Shown here: positions 60,191 through 64,000 of the stretch, piece by piece
Layout of the letters: every line of letters begins with the position of its first letter
How positions within the stretch are numbered: position 1 is the first letter of the stretch
NCBI GenBank assembly: GCA_963715985.1
Contig: CAVQSP010000017.1
Coordinates: 128,001-192,000 of the forward strand
From: an uncultured Thermoleophilia bacterium
Lineage (GTDB): Bacteria; Actinomycetota; Thermoleophilia; UBA2241
Direction of reading: 5' to 3'
Length of the DNA stretch: 64,000 bases
The notes under the pieces: generated by a model
The model's database searches: none
What the model was told of the DNA's origin: nothing
What the model saw: the letters and a program-made list of their open reading frames with translations, nothing else
Position numbers and translations under genes: made by a program

Positions 60191-60898
60191 ATGGCCGTGA
60201 GAGGAAGTCAGTCGGGGGATCCCCCGGCGTTCAAAAGCGTCGCCGAGCGCGGCCTGACCACGCCACGCGCCGCCGGGGTGGCGGGCATAGTCTTCGCCGC
60301 TCTCTTCGTGGTCGCGATCGTTCTTCTGCGGCAAGCCGTGGGCGTAGCGCTCGACACACAGACCGTGATGGAACGCCTGACGGGGCCGGAGTCGACTCAG
60401 GCGCTGGTCGGCCTTTACGCGATCCCGTTCACGGGCATCGCCTTCCTCTGGTTCATCGGCGTGGTCCGCGACCGGATCGGCGACCGCGAGGACAGGTTCT
60501 TCGCCACCGTCTTTCTCGGCAGTGGGCTGCTCTTCGTCGCCATGCTGTTCGCATCCGCTGCGGTCCTCGGTGGCCTCATCGCTGGCAACCGTTTCGGCAT
60601 CGCGGTACCCACCAACCTCGCGACCGTCGGCTTCGCGCGCTCGGTCGGCTACGCGTTCTTGTTCGTGTACGCCGCCAAGGCGGCGGGCGTCTTCATGCTG
60701 GCGGCGTCGACGATCGTCCGGCGCTCGCGCTGGCCGCGCTGGACGTCCCTCAGCGGTGTCGTGATCGCGGCGGTGCTCATCCTGAGCGTGAGCTTCTTCG
60801 AGCCGATCGTGCTGCTCTTCCCGCTCTGGGTGGCGGCGATCAGCGTGTACATCCTGGTCACGGGCGGCCGGAGAGCGTCGGCGCGCACGGGGCTCTGA
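60191..60898 (+). CDS. Hypothetical multi-pass membrane protein
   Basis: GGGAGG RBS; 'TPRAAGVAG', 'FLWFIGVVRDRIGDREDRFFATVFLGSG'. Confidence 0.75.
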   Translation: MAVRGSQSGDPPAFKSVAERGLTTPRAAGVAGIVFAALFVVAIVLLRQAVGVALDTQTVMERLTGPESTQALVGLYAIPFTGIAFLWFIGVVRDRIGDREDRFFATVFLGSGLLFVAMLFASAAVLGGLIAGNRFGIAVPTNLATVGFARSVGYAFLFVYAAKAAGVFMLAASTIVRRSRWPRWTSLSGVVIAAVLILSVSFFEPIVLLFPLWVAAISVYILVTGGRRASARTGL

Positions 60899-60994
60899 CG
60901 CCGCCGCATCGCACGCGCGCGGCAGCTTTGTCATGCCACGCCGCAGATCCCGGACGGGACGGACCTGATTCGGCCGCACTGGACAGGGCTTCGT

Positions 60995-61672
60995 CTACTT
61001 CGCGCGCCGCCGCTGCCGATGCCGGCGCAGACCGAGCAGCGGGATGATCAGCAGCACCGTGCTCACGACGAGATAGAGGGCGACGGCGACCCGGGGAGCG
61101 ACAAGGGCTACGGCGATCGCCACGACGTTCAATCCGATCGAGGTCCAGCGTTGCCGGGTGATGCGCTTGAGCGTGCCCTCGGCGATGTTGTCCACGAGCA
61201 GGGCCGGCTCGTCTGCGAGGTAGAGGATGAGCAGGCTGAGCACGAGGGAGGCGAGCAGCAGGTCCAGGCCGTAGAGCACGGTGGCGAGCCCGGCGTCTGG
61301 CCCGGTCAGGTGCGTGACCATGAGGGAGGTCGCGAAGGGCAGCAGTCCGACGAGGAGCAGCAGCACGAGGTTCAGCGTGTACACGACGCTGTCCCCGAGC
61401 CTCATGAACTTGGTCACGCCCGAGTGCGTGATCCAGATCCCGCCGATGAAGGCGAAGCTGATGTAGTAGCCGAGGAACTCGGGCCACTGCTCGCGCAGCG
61501 CCGGCCCCAGAGGGATGCCCCCGCGAGGCACGGTGATCTCAAGGACCAGGAGCGTGATCGCGATCGCGAAGACGCCGTCGGAGAAGGCGTTGAAACGGTC
61601 GAGCGGCAGGGAGCGCCTGTCTTGCTCCGCGGCGCTGGCGTCGTCGGACGCTTGCGGTGGCTCATCGCTCAT
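60995..61672 (-). CDS. TMEM175-family (DUF1211) potassium channel
   Basis: Signature 'RFNAFSDGVFAIAITLLVL', 'ISFAFIGGIWITH', 'LPFAT'. Confidence 0.88.
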   Translation of the reverse strand: MSDEPPQASDDASAAEQDRRSLPLDRFNAFSDGVFAIAITLLVLEITVPRGGIPLGPALREQWPEFLGYYISFAFIGGIWITHSGVTKFMRLGDSVVYTLNLVLLLLVGLLPFATSLMVTHLTGPDAGLATVLYGLDLLLASLVLSLLILYLADEPALLVDNIAEGTLKRITRQRWTSIGLNVVAIAVALVAPRVAVALYLVVSTVLLIIPLLGLRRHRQRRRAK

Positions 61673-61764
61673 GGCGGCCTCTCTTCTTCTGATGCTGTTC
61701 CCAGCCTGGGTCGCCGTGATGAGCATGCAACTCGTGGCGACGGGAGGTCGGCGCGCCGCCCGGC

Positions 61765-62676
61765 TCAGCCGAAGCGGTCGATCAGCACGCCGTGGCGCAG
61801 GCCCCGGTCGCTGACGGTCAGAGCGTCGAACCCGAGCTTGTCCATCACGGTGAGCACCACGCAGGCGCCGGCCAGGATCACGTCCGCGCGCTTGGGCTGC
61901 AGCCCCACGATCTCGCGGCGCGCCTCCACGTCGCGCGTGCGCAGGAGCTCGATCTGGCGGTCGACCTCGGCGCGGCTCAGCATTGACCCCTGCACCGCAT
62001 CGGGGTCGTAGACGGCCAGGCCGAGCATCACGGCGGTCATGTTGGTCATCGCGCCGCCCATGCCCACGAGCGCGTCCGCCTGCGGGCGGCCGTCGAGGCA
62101 GCCGAACTCGGCGGCGATGGCCGCCAGCGCCTCGTCAAGCTGGTCCCTCGTGAGCGGGCCGCCGAGCCCTTGTTCGTCCGTGAGGCGCACGGCGCCGACG
62201 TTCACGCTGAACTGTTCGTCCACGGTGACGCCGCGGCCGAAGGTGAACTGCGTACTGCCGCCGCCGGTGTCGAAGACGACCAGGCGGCCGTCCGCGAGGC
62301 CCAGTCCCTCCTTCACGGCGAGGTAGGCGAGCCGGCCTTCCTCCGCACCGGGGACCACCTCGACGGTGAGCCCGCAGCGCTCGCGCACGGCGGCGATGAA
62401 GGCGTCGCCGTTCTTCGCGCTGCGCATGCCCATGGTGCCGACCGCGACCACGTCCGCCGCCTCGTGCCGCCGGGCCTCGGCGGCCATGCCGGCGATGGCC
62501 TCCACGGTGCGCGCGATCGCCGCCGGTGCGATGTCACCGGTCTCGGCGATGCCCTCGCCCAGGCGCGTGACCTCGGCGCGATCCACCAGGGTGCGCCAGG
62601 AGCCGTCGGCGAGCCGCTCCCCGATGTGGAACTTGACCGAGTTGGTGCCGACGTCGATGACCGCGTAGACCGGCAT
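61765..62676 (-). CDS. ppx: Ppx/GppA exopolyphosphatase
   Basis: 'IDVGTNSVK', 'TRLGEG', 'EEGRL', 'DTGGGST', 'RADVILAG', 'GLRHG'. Confidence 0.88.
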   Translation of the reverse strand: MPVYAVIDVGTNSVKFHIGERLADGSWRTLVDRAEVTRLGEGIAETGDIAPAAIARTVEAIAGMAAEARRHEAADVVAVGTMGMRSAKNGDAFIAAVRERCGLTVEVVPGAEEGRLAYLAVKEGLGLADGRLVVFDTGGGSTQFTFGRGVTVDEQFSVNVGAVRLTDEQGLGGPLTRDQLDEALAAIAAEFGCLDGRPQADALVGMGGAMTNMTAVMLGLAVYDPDAVQGSMLSRAEVDRQIELLRTRDVEARREIVGLQPKRADVILAGACVVLTVMDKLGFDALTVSDRGLRHGVLIDRFG

Positions 62677-62686
62677 GGCGACCCTC

Positions 62687-63274
62687 TCAGGCTTCCATGC
62701 CGGCGACGGCCTTGAGCCGGCGCGGGTAGCTGGTGTTGCGCCGTTCGGAGAGGCCCAGCTCAGCCACCGTGGTGACCACGCGCTCAGGCTGCGGCGACTC
62801 GATGGCAAGCGTCTTCATCCTTTGCCCGTCCGCGACCACCTCCGTCACCTCCACCATGCACTCGTTCATCGTGTAGTGACGGCGGAGCTTGTGGACCGCC
62901 ACCGCGCGCACTCCGCGCTCGGGGGCGGCGAGCAGCGCCAGGAACTCGTCGAGCCCGAAGGCGTCGGTCTCCGGCGGCGGACCGGTGACGCCCAGCGCAG
63001 CGCAGACCTTGACGGCCTCACCGTGGGGCAGCGGGAAGGTCTCCTTCATGGCCGGCCGCCACTGCTCGAGGCCGGCCTCACTGACCTGCTCGAGCAGTTT
63101 GATGTCCATCAGCCCGGCGCGGATCTTGACCGCGGCGTCCGCGCCCGGCGTAAGGAGGTAGGTCTCGTCGCTCTCCTGGACGAGCTCGGGCTCGAGGGCG
63201 GCGAAGACTGCGTCGGCCGCCCCGAACTCACTGCCGAAGGTGCGCCACTCCCAGCGTGGGACGATGACGTCCAC
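62687..63274 (-). CDS. CYTH-like hypothetical protein
   Basis: 'RWEWRTF', 'ETYLL..VKIR...DIK', 'VHKLRRHY', 'AIES', 'NTSY'. Confidence 0.6.
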   Translation of the reverse strand: MDVIVPRWEWRTFGSEFGAADAVFAALEPELVQESDETYLLTPGADAAVKIRAGLMDIKLLEQVSEAGLEQWRPAMKETFPLPHGEAVKVCAALGVTGPPPETDAFGLDEFLALLAAPERGVRAVAVHKLRRHYTMNECMVEVTEVVADGQRMKTLAIESPQPERVVTTVAELGLSERRNTSYPRRLKAVAGMEA

Positions 63275-63275
63275 G

Positions 63276-64000
63276 TCAGTCGTCCCCCTTCTTCGCGGCA
63301 GCCTTGACGAAGTACTCGAGGGCGGTCTTGGTCTTGGTCTGCTGCTCGCCGTGGCGGTCGATGCCGCGCTCGATCAGGTAGCCGCGCACGTTGGAGAGCA
63401 CATCGGCGAGGTCGGGCGGGGCGCACTTGGTGGAGAGCTCGAGGATGCGGCTGCCGTCCGGGTAGAGCCACATCTCGATGACGAGCTTGTGGGCCAGCTC
63501 CTCCGGAGTGAACGGGAGCTTGAGCACGAAGATCGGCCCCAGGACAGAGAGGTCGTCCAGGGCGAGGCCTTTCGGGGCGTGGGCCTCGTAGAAGGCGCGC
63601 TGCTCCTTGCTGAAGACCCTGCGGATCGGGGCCTGCCCGAACATGACCAGCTTCGCCTTGTCCGGGTCGGACAGCGCCCTTGAACGAGCCGGAGCACACG
63701 TACCCGCCCGGCATGGCGTCCACCTCGATGCCGAACGTCTCGAGTGCGCGCAGGTTGGGCGGGATGTCGTCGGGCACCACGGGGCGCAGCTTCACCACCG
63801 AGTCGGCGCCCTTGCCCTGGATGCGGCGAGAGCGTATGACGACGCCGGCCTTGTTGAGGGCGAGGTCCGGCGTGTCGAAGAAGGTGACCAGCCGGACCTG
63901 AGCCTCGAGGGGATCGATGCGGAGAGCTTCGAGCGACGCCCGGTGGCTCTCAGCCGGGATGGTCAGTTTGAGCTCCACGCTCTTGGCACCCTTGAGGAGC
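63276..64000 (-). CDS. CYTH-like protein (frameshift near 63670; 5' end outside window)
   Basis: 'SVELKLT' ExK motif, 'FFDTPDLAL', 'SVVKLRP', 'ELSTK', 'QQTKT'. Confidence 0.7.

Noticed and set aside
1-64000. tRNA, rRNA, IS/transposase, integrase or prophage genes
   Set aside because: None recognised by eye; a covariance-model scan would be needed to exclude small RNAs.

Overview
GC-rich (roughly 70% by eye) bacterial chromosomal segment. The gene families look actinobacterial (TIGR03086, DUF1269, DUF6325, GAP, DrrAB, probable leaderless starts) but sit alongside anaerobe genes (rubrerythrin, NfnAB, a 2-oxoacid:ferredoxin oxidoreductase subunit). This is consistent with an anaerobic Thermoleophilia-like organism, though that taxonomy is an inference. 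Many genes carry isolated 1-nt frameshifts, most likely long-read consensus errors. I found no rRNA, tRNA, CRISPR array or IS element. Highlights: (1) a minimal two-gene Form II RuBisCO (cbbM) + proteobacterial-type phosphoribulokinase cassette with no other cbb genes; (2) a tusA-dsrE-iscS-iscU operon in which IscS lacks the PLP-binding lysine (SSNEIYGP, Archaeoglobus fulgidus type) and IscU is fused to a degenerate thioredoxin-reductase-like NADPH domain, suggesting desulfurase-independent Fe-S assembly; (3) a TetR / rhodanese / DszB-like locus; (4) NfnB with an extra Cys-rich N-terminal domain and an orphan ferredoxin-PorB fusion; (5) a ~21 kb membrane/ion-homeostasis cluster with three K+ channel types, two SulP, CPA1, AI-2E, cardiolipin synthase, Ppx and CYTH-like genes. 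All family assignments are from motif recognition by eye, not database searches.
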